Positions 32,386-41,829 of a stretch of 64,000 nt of DNA are shown here, piece after piece (the stretch's first letter is position 1; every line of letters begins with the position of its first letter). The stretch comes from Candidatus Obscuribacteraceae bacterium. GTDB taxonomy: Bacteria > Cyanobacteriota > Vampirovibrionia > Obscuribacterales > Obscuribacteraceae. The notes beneath the pieces were generated by a model that had not been told where the DNA came from, ran no database searches, and worked only from the letters and a program-made list of their open reading frames with translations. Where the stretch lies: positions 864,001 to 928,000 of the forward strand of contig JBGAHS010000001.1 in the NCBI GenBank assembly GCA_044226015.1, given 5' to 3'. The translations under genes were made by a program, and so were the position numbers.

Positions 32386-35300
32386 ATGCGTTTCCATATG
32401 GAAGGCTTTTCGCAGCGAGATTCAGAAGCTGAAGCTTCTGCCTTGTCGTCGTCTACGAACGTCGAACTTCTATTGGGACCATACCGAAGTGGCAAGACCG
32501 TTCAGCTCATAGAAGAGTTACTTGATTTCAAAGCGTCCAACCCGTTTGCTTCGGCTTTGATTCTAGTGCCGTCGGCTCGTTATGGTCGAATTATGAAAGA
32601 ACGCCTCAATCAGGGGCTTCGCCGGCGTGCGGCAGCAATTGAGCAATCTTCTCTTGAACTTACAAGTGCTAAACCTCTCAGACCGCGTTTGAATGGGCTT
32701 TTTGGAGTTGAGATACAGCCGTTCTACCATGCATGTTTAGATGTGGTGAGCGATGCAAGGGAAGAACCAAACATCATTCCGGAGGAAGTCAGACCTGCAC
32801 TGGTGGCTGAGATTCTTCTTCAAATGAAGGCGGAAGACAAACTCCGAAGCCTGCTGCAAATAGCAGCATTTCACGGCACCAGCGCCTCCTTGCTTGAACT
32901 TATTGACGAGTTGCAACGTGCTGGGCTGTCGCCAAATGAATTGATCGGAAACTTGAAACGTTCTTCATGTCGGGAATCACATTTGCTCGAACTTGCTTCC
33001 GTGTATGCGATGTATATAGAGAGGCTGAATGAACTTGACTCTTATGACCAGAAAAGTCTGGCACTTGCAGCACGCGAAGAGTTGTTTGCTTCGGGGAAAT
33101 CGCGCATTAAGCATGACCTGATCCTCATCGATGGGTTTGACCGAATCAGCCATTTGCAGGCGCAAGTTTTTGCAGGGCTTGCGCGCCAATCGCGTTCATG
33201 CAAAGTCACGTTTGATTATTTGCCAGATTCCGAAATTGAAGGACACGCAGCATCGCTGATGCAACGATCTACCGACTATCGGTGGAAAGACAGAAGCTAT
33301 GATGAGCTTGTTCGCAATTTGAATCCTCGCATTCGGAACTTTGCAGGCACAAGCACTCAAGAGCAGCCGAATTCTTCTGCTGTCAAAGTGCATGTGCAGA
33401 GCTTGCTTGACCCCTATCTCGAAATGATTGAAGTTGCGCGTGAAGTCAAAGAAGCCTTGCACTCGCGACAGATTTTACCGCACGAGCTAATTGTCGTCAT
33501 GCGTTCTCCTGACTCCTATAATGGAGCTATTGAAGCCGCTTTTGATGATGCTGGCATTCCTTATTTCATAGATGGTAGCAACCGAGTTGTTGACCTGGTT
33601 CCGCTAAAGTTTATTTTCTCGCTGTTGAAACTGGCAGAGAATGAGTTTCGCAGAAAAGATGTTGCTGACCTTCTTCGCAGTCCATACATAAATCTCGAAA
33701 AGCTCTCCATGACTCCAAGGGAAGTGAGTGCTATTGATAGAGAGTCTTACAATATCAAAATGATTGGAGGACTCGATTCATGGAAAACTTTTCTGAGTAA
33801 GCCTGATTTCGTAGCCTTTGGCGAAAAACTTTATACATTTTTGGCTAGTCTAGCGCACTCTGAAAAAGCGGAGACAACTGAGAAGCATGTGCGCAAAATT
33901 GAAGATATCGTAGACAACTTTATGATATTTCCGGCAAGCGATCATGATATTCGCTCTCTTGCTGCTGTTTATGAGCGCGAGTCTATAAGGGCGTTTCGAC
34001 GTGTATTGAAGGTTTTGATACAGGAAGAGAAAACCCTCGAGCTGAAAGAAGAAAACTTCGCGCATTTCTTGAATCGTTTTGAACAGCTAATCGATAAGTC
34101 TAACTATGCCAGACCTAAGCCGGAAGCTCCGGTTGTGACCATATGCTCAGCAGAACTTGTTCCAAACATTTGTTTCAAGGAGATGTTTGTATGTGGTCTT
34201 GTCGAGGGCGAATTCCCTCGACATCAAAGAGCCAAGGGCTTTTTGAGTACAGATGAGGTGCAACTATGGCTCAGCTTCGGAGTGGATATACGCAACCCCA
34301 GGCAAGAGGCCGGATTCGAACGTGCTCTTTTCTATTCACTAACCGAGCGTTGCACAGCCAGGCTGAATTTTTCCTACAGCCAATTCAGCGGTAAGGGTGA
34401 AGAGACTATTCCCTCATTCTATCTGACTGAACTTGTCGAGTCTGATTTTTGCAAAGTCGAAAAACTTCGTCCCTTCGAGACAGCAGCAAGCAAGCCGGTT
34501 TCACCGCGTGAGGCACTGTCTCTTGCTTTGTGGGAAAAAGGGACTGCAGCGGCTGAGTCACTTTCCTCGGCTCATGATTCTATTGCTTATCGCTGGCAAA
34601 ACTTAAGTCTGAGTCTTGCAGCTGCTCTCAACCGATCCTCGCAAAACAAGAGAGAGAACCCTTACAATGGTTATCTGGAAGAGTTTTTTAGCATCGGTGC
34701 ACTTTCTTTTTCTGGGCTAGATAGATGGACTGCCACCAAAATTAATGACTATGGTAAGTGCCCATTTCGTTTCTGGTCTTCACATGTTTTAGGTTTGAAG
34801 CCTCGCGACGAGGCAGAGCCTGGGCTGAATTTCGCACTGGTAGGACAGTTTTATCACAAGGCGTTAGAGCTGTTTTTTGCCGCCCGAAAAGAGAAGAGTA
34901 ATTCTTTTGAAGGCACTAATTCGCCGTGGGCAGACTGGGAATTGCAATTTGATGAAGCCTTTAAGGGTGCTCTCGTTTGGTTGGAAAACCGGGCCGACTT
35001 TCGCCCTGGTCCTTATTGGCAGCAAGAGAAGAAGTCTTTGAGATTTCGCCTGGACAAATTCCTAAGAAAGGAAATAGTTCGTTTGCAAGAAGATTACGCA
35101 AACTTCCAGCCATCTTTCTTTGAGGTTAATTTCGGTACCAGGGCCGCTAACTCCTACCCGCCTCTTCTAATTAAGGGTGCCGACGGAAAAGACATCGTTA
35201 TTGGCGGTAGCATCGATAGAATAGACCTGGAACCTGGTGTCACATTTGCTGCAGGCAATGCTAAAAAACGAGCAAGAGTAATCGATTACAAATCGGGCAG

Positions 35301-35655
35301 CAAGAGAATCTCAGCTAAAGAAGCAGAGCTAGGGCGTAACTTGCAGCTGCCAATTTATGCTCTTGCGCTTGAGCGTGCGATCATGCCAGACCATCAAGTG
35401 ACAGAAGCTGATTACCTCAGCATTGGTGCCGCTGATTCAGTAGGAAGGCTAGACTTCGAAAATGAAAAACATGCTGGCTTGAAAGAGCTTGCTGAAGCTA
35501 AAGTTGTGGATTTTGTCAATGCAGCCAAAAACGGCATTTTTGGTGTAAAACCGAAGGGGCAGGTGGCATGCTCTGATTGCGATCATGCAGCTGTTTGCAG
35601 GGTGAAAGAACTGAAATTGCAGATGGAGGATGAGAACGATGCCTTCACTGACTGA
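32386..35655 (+). CDS. addB: AddB-like nuclease subunit (PD-(D/E)XK with Fe-S cysteines)
   Basis: GPYRSGKT, IDGF, KCPFRF, GSIDRID...IDYKSG, LQLPIY, CSDCDHAAVC; overlaps addA. Confidence 0.85.
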   Translation: MRFHMEGFSQRDSEAEASALSSSTNVELLLGPYRSGKTVQLIEELLDFKASNPFASALILVPSARYGRIMKERLNQGLRRRAAAIEQSSLELTSAKPLRPRLNGLFGVEIQPFYHACLDVVSDAREEPNIIPEEVRPALVAEILLQMKAEDKLRSLLQIAAFHGTSASLLELIDELQRAGLSPNELIGNLKRSSCRESHLLELASVYAMYIERLNELDSYDQKSLALAAREELFASGKSRIKHDLILIDGFDRISHLQAQVFAGLARQSRSCKVTFDYLPDSEIEGHAASLMQRSTDYRWKDRSYDELVRNLNPRIRNFAGTSTQEQPNSSAVKVHVQSLLDPYLEMIEVAREVKEALHSRQILPHELIVVMRSPDSYNGAIEAAFDDAGIPYFIDGSNRVVDLVPLKFIFSLLKLAENEFRRKDVADLLRSPYINLEKLSMTPREVSAIDRESYNIKMIGGLDSWKTFLSKPDFVAFGEKLYTFLASLAHSEKAETTEKHVRKIEDIVDNFMIFPASDHDIRSLAAVYERESIRAFRRVLKVLIQEEKTLELKEENFAHFLNRFEQLIDKSNYARPKPEAPVVTICSAELVPNICFKEMFVCGLVEGEFPRHQRAKGFLSTDEVQLWLSFGVDIRNPRQEAGFERALFYSLTERCTARLNFSYSQFSGKGEETIPSFYLTELVESDFCKVEKLRPFETAASKPVSPREALSLALWEKGTAAAESLSSAHDSIAYRWQNLSLSLAAALNRSSQNKRENPYNGYLEEFFSIGALSFSGLDRWTATKINDYGKCPFRFWSSHVLGLKPRDEAEPGLNFALVGQFYHKALELFFAARKEKSNSFEGTNSPWADWELQFDEAFKGALVWLENRADFRPGPYWQQEKKSLRFRLDKFLRKEIVRLQEDYANFQPSFFEVNFGTRAANSYPPLLIKGADGKDIVIGGSIDRIDLEPGVTFAAGNAKKRARVIDYKSGSKRISAKEAELGRNLQLPIYALALERAIMPDHQVTEADYLSIGAADSVGRLDFENEKHAGLKELAEAKVVDFVNAAKNGIFGVKPKGQVACSDCDHAAVCRVKELKLQMEDENDAFTD

Positions 35656-38600
35656 AGAACAACAAAATGCTATTCAATCGATTGATAAACATGTGCTTGT
35701 TTCCGCTGGTGCAGGCTCGGGCAAGACCTTTGTTCTTGTTGAAAGATATATCAGGGTCCTTGCTGAAAATCCTCATGCTGGCATCAATGACATCATTGCT
35801 GTGACTTATACAAAAAAGGCGGCAGAGGAAATGCGAAGCCGCTTGAAAGCGCGCTTGAAAGAACTGGTGGAGAAAAGCGAAGGCGATGAGGCTAAGCGAT
35901 GGATAAAGTGCCTGGCAGAATTAGAGTCTGCTCGCATCGGTACGATCCATTCCCTGTGTGATTCCATACTTAAGACCTTTCCTGCTGAAGCAGGTATTGA
36001 CCCTAATTTTGAAATTCTAGATGAACTAGAGCGAGCCGAGTTGCTTTCGCAAAGTATTGATGATGCTTTGCATATGATTATTGATCAGCCGATTGATCAG
36101 TATTTCGAACTTCTCGAGTATCCCGTTGAGAGCATTCGCACTTGGGTCGCCGATTTTCTGCGTAGCCCTTTGAAATATCGTGAGTCTTTGCGACGGTTCG
36201 GAAATTGCTCGCTCGATGAAATGCGTTTGTTCGCTGCAGAACTAATTGCTGCTGACATAGAAAGGTCGCTTAGAGAACTGACTGCTGACCCGATTTTCAA
36301 GGCTGAGATGAGTTATTTGATCGACACGCCCTGGTCAGATCGTGAGAGCAAATTAGGTCTCCTTCAAAATGAGATGCTCTCATATCTCAGGGTGATTTGC
36401 GACTTCAGTCTGGGCATTGGTGCGCGTTGGCAAGCTGTCAGCGCTCTTGCCGCAATGGAATCAGCAAAAAATGCTGGTGGTCCGAACGCCAAAGAAATGC
36501 GTAACTGTATGAGAATCATTCGAACAGCGGTGGGCAAGCTGGCTTTGCGACATCGGGCTGAGCTCAATGAGGCTGACCAGCGTTCTTTCATGCTGATAAA
36601 AGCGCTGATAGAGTTGAGCAATGATGCGCTTTCTCGCTATGAAAGAATCAAACAGCAGCATCAGAAACTTGATTTCGACGACCTCATCGAACGCTGTCAG
36701 CAATTGCTCAGCCCCGATAACTATCGCTCATCATTTGCTTTGAGGCAGTTGTGCAAGACACTACAGGCAATACTTGTCGACGAGTTTCAAGACACAAATT
36801 GGACACAAGCTAAGATGCTGACTGCGCTGGCTAGCAACAAAGCTCACCTCTTTCTTATTGGAGATGATAAGCAATCGATTTACAAGTTTCAGGGTGCAGA
36901 CGTTGGTACATTTAATGCCTGCAAAACCTATGTTTCATCAATGACTGCTGAAGCCGTGGATGAAGACAGGAAAATGATTGCTGAAGCCTACAGGCTGCCG
37001 CTTCTGTCGGGTGCGGGTGAAGAGATGACATTGAGCATGTCATTTCGAAGCCATCCGCAGATTGTCAATTTCGTCAATCATATTTTTTCGTCATTATTCG
37101 AACTCAAGCCCCGGAAAATTGCTTCGTCCAGGACTATCCTTCCTGTGCAAGATTCAAGCCCAGCAGCTGATTCGCTTAAGCGAGATGACTTCAAATCACA
37201 ATTTCAGGCGCTGCGCCCTGCTCGCTCTGGGGAGGAGGACGATATTCGTGTAGATGTAATCTATACGCCTTTGCCTGAGGCCGAAGAACTCGATCAGCGT
37301 GCGGAGATTGACCGCCTTGAAGCAGAGCAGACCGCACTGTGGATTCGAGATAAGGTCGAAAGTGGTGTTGAGGTCTTTGATAAGGAAAAAGGAATAAATC
37401 GGCCACTCACTTATTCTGATTTTGCAGTGTTATTGCAAGCCAATGGAGACTTTGCTGGAATTGAAGCAGCGCTTGCCAAGGAAAATATTCCTTTTGTTAG
37501 TATCGCTGGGTCAGGCTTTCTTGATCGACAGGAAGTTTATGACCTGGAGAATTTGTTGAAGTGGTTGATTTGCCCGCAAGATAGCCATGCACTCTTTGCG
37601 ATTTTGCGCTCGCCCTTGCTTGGCTTTTCTGATGATATTTTGCATGAGCTTAAAGCCGGAAAAAATACTTCTCTCTGGCAATGTTTGCTCCTCAAATCGC
37701 AAGAACCGGGGCAGGATGAGTTGAGGGTGGCGCGTAGATTATTGCAAGATCTGCATCGTGATTCAGGTCGACTAAGTTTGCCTGATATTTTGCGCCGGGC
37801 GGTTTTGTTGACGGGCTATGATATTGTTTTGTTGACAGCGTCTTCTGGGAAACAAAAGTCCAGAAATGTCTGGAAGTTTCTTGCGTTAGCAAGTCAGCAC
37901 AAGCACATGAGTGTTGCTGAATTCTTGAATGCGCTGAATTCTATGCGGGAACTGGGCGTAAAAAATCTGACCGATGCGCCTTTGTGTGCAGATGATGCGG
38001 TGAAGATTATGACAATTCACCGGTCTAAGGGTTTGGAATTCGCTGCTGTCGCTCTACCGCGTCTGGCCAGAGGAGTGCAATCGCAGCCGCGCAAAGTGCT
38101 CTTTGGTAAGGACTTTGCCATTGCTTTCGATTGCACACGAGACCCCGAAGAAGAGAAACCCGCCTTTTATATCGCCGCTAATAACCTCAATAAGAGAATG
38201 GACGAGGAGGAAAAGAAGCGACTGCTCTATGTTGCTTTAACTCGTGCGCGTGACTTTCTTGGTTTGTTTGTTAATTCGCGTTGCAAGCGTGGCGTCAACT
38301 TCGGCAAGTGGCTCATCTCGTCGCTCGGTTTGCCCGAGGCAGATTGTGAGGTCGATAACTTCACGATGAGTGCGGGTTTTGGCGCAGAGCAAAGCAACTG
38401 GAATGTCATTCAAGCTGTTGCAGCTTCTTCTCAGAGTAAAGCTGTTGGTGAGAGTGAAAGCCAGCTAGCTTTGCCGCAAAATATCGTAAGCAACATGTTT
38501 TTGGAAGAGTTTCCGGAGTTCACAAATGAGTCGCTTGAACTGGCCCTCGAGAGTAATTTTGCTTGCGAGACTCTGGACATTTCAAAGATGGACCTGTCCT

Positions 38601-39217
38601 TGCTCGATGAATCTTTACTTGCTGAGCACACTTATAATCCTGTTCCCTGGCAAGCCTTACTGCGGGCCTGCCCAAATGATGCTGTGCCGAGTGTACACGC
38701 CACCATTGCTGGAAACTATTTTCACTTGCTGATGCAACGCTTAGGTCCAGCGCTAGAATTGCCCTCTGAACGAGAGCGGCGAAACTTGCTTCTGCATCAT
38801 GAAGTTGCGATCAGTGATGAAGCTCAACAAGAATTGATGCTTCGCGAATCTGAGCGTCTGCTCTTGTTATTTAGCGGGAGTAAGTTGCACAGTCTGATGC
38901 GCAATGCACGCAGAACTTTATTTGAGCACTCATATACTATTGTGCGAGACGGCAGAGAGCGTGATTTCCGCCCAGACTTGCTCATCGAAGATGTGCAAGG
39001 CCAGTGGCATATCGTGGACTTCAAAACCGACCAGTTTGAAGTGAAACAGATTTCTAAACAGATAAAATCACACCAGGCTCAGCTGGCGACTTATGTTGAT
39101 GACTTGGCGCTTTTGCTCGGCATCAATGCGAAGGCTTGGCTTTACTTTGCGCATCATGGAAGGTTAGAATCTGTCGATATGGCATCGCCTTTCCAACTTA
39201 GCTTGTTTCCTCTTTAG
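35639..39217 (+). CDS. addA: AddA-like UvrD helicase/nuclease
   Basis: AGAGSGKT, LVDEFQDT, GDDKQSIYKFQGA, MTIHRSKGLEF, YVALTRA, C-terminal PDLL...VDFKT...QLATY; ATG at 35639 after GGAGGA. Confidence 0.9.
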   Translation: MPSLTEEQQNAIQSIDKHVLVSAGAGSGKTFVLVERYIRVLAENPHAGINDIIAVTYTKKAAEEMRSRLKARLKELVEKSEGDEAKRWIKCLAELESARIGTIHSLCDSILKTFPAEAGIDPNFEILDELERAELLSQSIDDALHMIIDQPIDQYFELLEYPVESIRTWVADFLRSPLKYRESLRRFGNCSLDEMRLFAAELIAADIERSLRELTADPIFKAEMSYLIDTPWSDRESKLGLLQNEMLSYLRVICDFSLGIGARWQAVSALAAMESAKNAGGPNAKEMRNCMRIIRTAVGKLALRHRAELNEADQRSFMLIKALIELSNDALSRYERIKQQHQKLDFDDLIERCQQLLSPDNYRSSFALRQLCKTLQAILVDEFQDTNWTQAKMLTALASNKAHLFLIGDDKQSIYKFQGADVGTFNACKTYVSSMTAEAVDEDRKMIAEAYRLPLLSGAGEEMTLSMSFRSHPQIVNFVNHIFSSLFELKPRKIASSRTILPVQDSSPAADSLKRDDFKSQFQALRPARSGEEDDIRVDVIYTPLPEAEELDQRAEIDRLEAEQTALWIRDKVESGVEVFDKEKGINRPLTYSDFAVLLQANGDFAGIEAALAKENIPFVSIAGSGFLDRQEVYDLENLLKWLICPQDSHALFAILRSPLLGFSDDILHELKAGKNTSLWQCLLLKSQEPGQDELRVARRLLQDLHRDSGRLSLPDILRRAVLLTGYDIVLLTASSGKQKSRNVWKFLALASQHKHMSVAEFLNALNSMRELGVKNLTDAPLCADDAVKIMTIHRSKGLEFAAVALPRLARGVQSQPRKVLFGKDFAIAFDCTRDPEEEKPAFYIAANNLNKRMDEEEKKRLLYVALTRARDFLGLFVNSRCKRGVNFGKWLISSLGLPEADCEVDNFTMSAGFGAEQSNWNVIQAVAASSQSKAVGESESQLALPQNIVSNMFLEEFPEFTNESLELALESNFACETLDISKMDLSLLDESLLAEHTYNPVPWQALLRACPNDAVPSVHATIAGNYFHLLMQRLGPALELPSERERRNLLLHHEVAISDEAQQELMLRESERLLLLFSGSKLHSLMRNARRTLFEHSYTIVRDGRERDFRPDLLIEDVQGQWHIVDFKTDQFEVKQISKQIKSHQAQLATYVDDLALLLGINAKAWLYFAHHGRLESVDMASPFQLSLFPL

Positions 39218-39262
39218 AGCTATTAGACTACTCTGCCAATGCGCAATGGATGGATCTGAGTC

Positions 39263-39871
39263 ATGAATTTGGATATTCGCGAAATCAAGGCAAGGTTTGA
39301 TGATAGAAGCATCCGTGTCTATCAGGCCTATGGCAAGGATATTGCTGAGGCAGCTTTGAGAAATAATCGCTTCGTTTCACCATTCAAAATGGAGCGCATG
39401 ACATGGATAAAGCCTTCATTCAACTGGATGATGTATCGGTCTGGCTACGCGAAGAAGCCCGGGCAAGAGTACGTTCTTGCCATAGACATAAGCTGTGAAG
39501 GATTTGACTGGGCTGTGGAGAATGCAGTCTTATCTCATTTCGTACCTGAAATTCATGGAGACTACGATTGCTGGAAAGAGTTGCTTGCAAACTCTGAGGT
39601 CAGGGTTCAATGGGACCCAGCCCGTGATTGGCGCATCAACGAAATCGCTGGTGAAAGGGCAATTCAAATAGGCTTATCAAAAAGTGCAGTACAGAAGTAT
39701 GTAAATGAGTGGATTCTCTCGATAACAGATGTGACATCAGTTGCTCATGCTGTTGATGAGTCTCGCCGCTTGAAACAAGAGCCGAGTGAGCGTCCAGACC
39801 TTCTTGAGAGAGTCTACGCGATGAGTGAGACTGCAAAGCTTAAGCTATGCTCTGTAACTAATCAGAATTAG
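39263..39871 (+). CDS. DUF4291 family protein
   Basis: REIKARFD...VYQAY, RMTWIKPSFNWMMYRSG, VRVQWDPARD, RAIQIGL. Confidence 0.85.
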   Translation: MNLDIREIKARFDDRSIRVYQAYGKDIAEAALRNNRFVSPFKMERMTWIKPSFNWMMYRSGYAKKPGQEYVLAIDISCEGFDWAVENAVLSHFVPEIHGDYDCWKELLANSEVRVQWDPARDWRINEIAGERAIQIGLSKSAVQKYVNEWILSITDVTSVAHAVDESRRLKQEPSERPDLLERVYAMSETAKLKLCSVTNQN

Positions 39872-40337
39872 ATGAATCAGGCTCGTTGAATTTTGCCAGA
39901 TCCTCTTCGCTTACAGTATGTCCACTGGTACCGTATGAGGTGCCACGAAAGTGGGCAAGCGTTTCATTGTGCTGGTTGCTAATCGTTATATCGTAAAGCC
40001 CAGTTCGCCCCTTCAGGGAAACTTCTTCGGCACGGGCTGTAAGGGTGTCGCCTTCCACTGCACTTTTTACGAAGCTTATGGTGCACTGAAGCGCAACTGT
40101 CTTTCTATTTCTGGAATTACATGCGTAGGCAAAAGCTGTGTCTGCCAGAGCAAAAATAAATCCGCCGTGACAGATTGCAAGCCCGTTGAGCATATCTCTT
40201 CTGACTTTCATTGAGAGACTTGCCGTACCTTCACTGACAGAGTTGATGGAGATTCCCATGGACTGCGCAGCGAAGTCGCGAGTCATGACTAGTTCCATGA
40301 TTTTTCGGGGGTCGGGCTGTTCTGTTTTTATTGTCAT
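39858..40337 (-). CDS. paaI: Hotdog-fold (hydroxy)phenylacetyl-CoA thioesterase PaaI
   Basis: DMLNGLAICHGGFIFALADTAFAYACNS, GRTGLYD, FRGTS. Confidence 0.9.
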   Translation of the reverse strand: MTIKTEQPDPRKIMELVMTRDFAAQSMGISINSVSEGTASLSMKVRRDMLNGLAICHGGFIFALADTAFAYACNSRNRKTVALQCTISFVKSAVEGDTLTARAEEVSLKGRTGLYDITISNQHNETLAHFRGTSYGTSGHTVSEEDLAKFNEPDSSNSD

Positions 40338-40370
40338 TTGCTGAATCCGCTGGCAACGCCGAGCATTGTA

Positions 40371-41678
40371 TCACTTGCGCAGAGATGGCTCCACATCCTC
40401 TTCATTTGCGGTTTCATTTGCAGTTTCATTCGCAACAAATTCTTCTTCAACGAATGGTCGATATACGCTTTCTTTTGCGCCGAATTTGAGCAAACCCACA
40501 ATTCCGAGCAAGAGGAAGGCGACCGCAGTTAATGCAATTCCGGTCTGCGGGCTAGAGTTCTCGTATATAAAAGCTGCCATCATCAGTCCGACGCAGCTAC
40601 CAAGATACATAACGCATTGTCTCAGGCTGAAGACTTTCCCGAGATCTTTTCTGGGAACATCCGTTTGCAGCATTATCATCAACATGACGTCCCCAACGGG
40701 TCCACCAGTCGCAGCCAGCAGGGCTCCGAAGCAAGCCCAGAGCATATTGGGGGAAACAGAAATTATGGCGAATCCAATCGCAAAAATGATTTGTGACACC
40801 GAAATGAATAGCATTCGTTTGCGGCTATTAACGGTTCCCATGATTACATTTGAACTTACGCTTCCGATGCCGTAAGCCGCGACAATAGTTCCATAAGTGC
40901 TGACATCAGCGTGGGGAAGTGATTTCGCCCAGAGAGGCAGCCCCACCATGAAACCAGCTGCCCATGCGATATTAGCTCCCACATACAGTCCGAATGACCA
41001 GAGTATTTGTTCCTGCGTATAGACTATTTGAGCACCGCGCTTCAGGTCAGTCCAAACGCCGCGCAGTCCTTTCTCTGTAGTTTGTGCTGTTCTCCATTTG
41101 TAATTTCCACGAATCAGGAAAACGACCAGAGCTGATACCAAAAATGTGAGAGCATCGACGGAGAAAAAGTGATGCAGAGCTGTCACGGCGACTAACCAGC
41201 CTGCTATGAGAGGTCCTATGGTGCGGGCCAGGCGATGGTTCACTTGCATGAGCGCATTCATTGCTTGCAGGCTTTTTTCATTTCCCTGGGTCAACTCTGG
41301 CAAACTCGCTGCCAGTGCCGGGTCGAAGAGCGAGCCTAAACCGGCAACGATTACGGACGCAATACCCAAAATCCACAAGTTTAAAGGCATGAAGCTGCCA
41401 ATTACTCCCAAGGCGAGTACCGTTATTGCCCTTAGAATATCGACAACAACCATGGTTGTGCGCTTGTTCCAGCGATCAGCATATACTCCGCCAATCAGCC
41501 CAAAAAGCACTCCAGCAAGCGAGCCAGCACCGGTGACAAACCCAGCTGAAGCACCACCTGTTTGAATAGATATCCAGACGATGGCAATTGAATAAATCTG
41601 GTCGCCGATCGATGAGAACACCTGGCTGAGCCAGAGTCCTGCCAGATGAGGTTGTTTTGCTATTTGACTGTAACCCAT
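40371..41678 (-). CDS. MFS transporter (DHA3/MefA-like)
   Basis: LWLSQVFSSIGD, GGVYADRWNKR, QTDVPRKDLGKVFS; about 12 TMs. Alternative TTG start at 41705. Confidence 0.9.
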   Translation of the reverse strand: MGYSQIAKQPHLAGLWLSQVFSSIGDQIYSIAIVWISIQTGGASAGFVTGAGSLAGVLFGLIGGVYADRWNKRTTMVVVDILRAITVLALGVIGSFMPLNLWILGIASVIVAGLGSLFDPALAASLPELTQGNEKSLQAMNALMQVNHRLARTIGPLIAGWLVAVTALHHFFSVDALTFLVSALVVFLIRGNYKWRTAQTTEKGLRGVWTDLKRGAQIVYTQEQILWSFGLYVGANIAWAAGFMVGLPLWAKSLPHADVSTYGTIVAAYGIGSVSSNVIMGTVNSRKRMLFISVSQIIFAIGFAIISVSPNMLWACFGALLAATGGPVGDVMLMIMLQTDVPRKDLGKVFSLRQCVMYLGSCVGLMMAAFIYENSSPQTGIALTAVAFLLLGIVGLLKFGAKESVYRPFVEEEFVANETANETANEEDVEPSLRK

Positions 41679-41829
41679 CTTTCCCTGTCTCCGGGAACGG
41701 CTCAATCCAAGTCTTATACTAATCGCGAGCGCTTTCTTTTAGTGTAAAAACTCATTTAGATCTCTCACTCAACCTTTCAAAGCACCGAGTGGTGGGTCCT
41801 GTAGACATTTTAAATAATCTACTTTTGTT

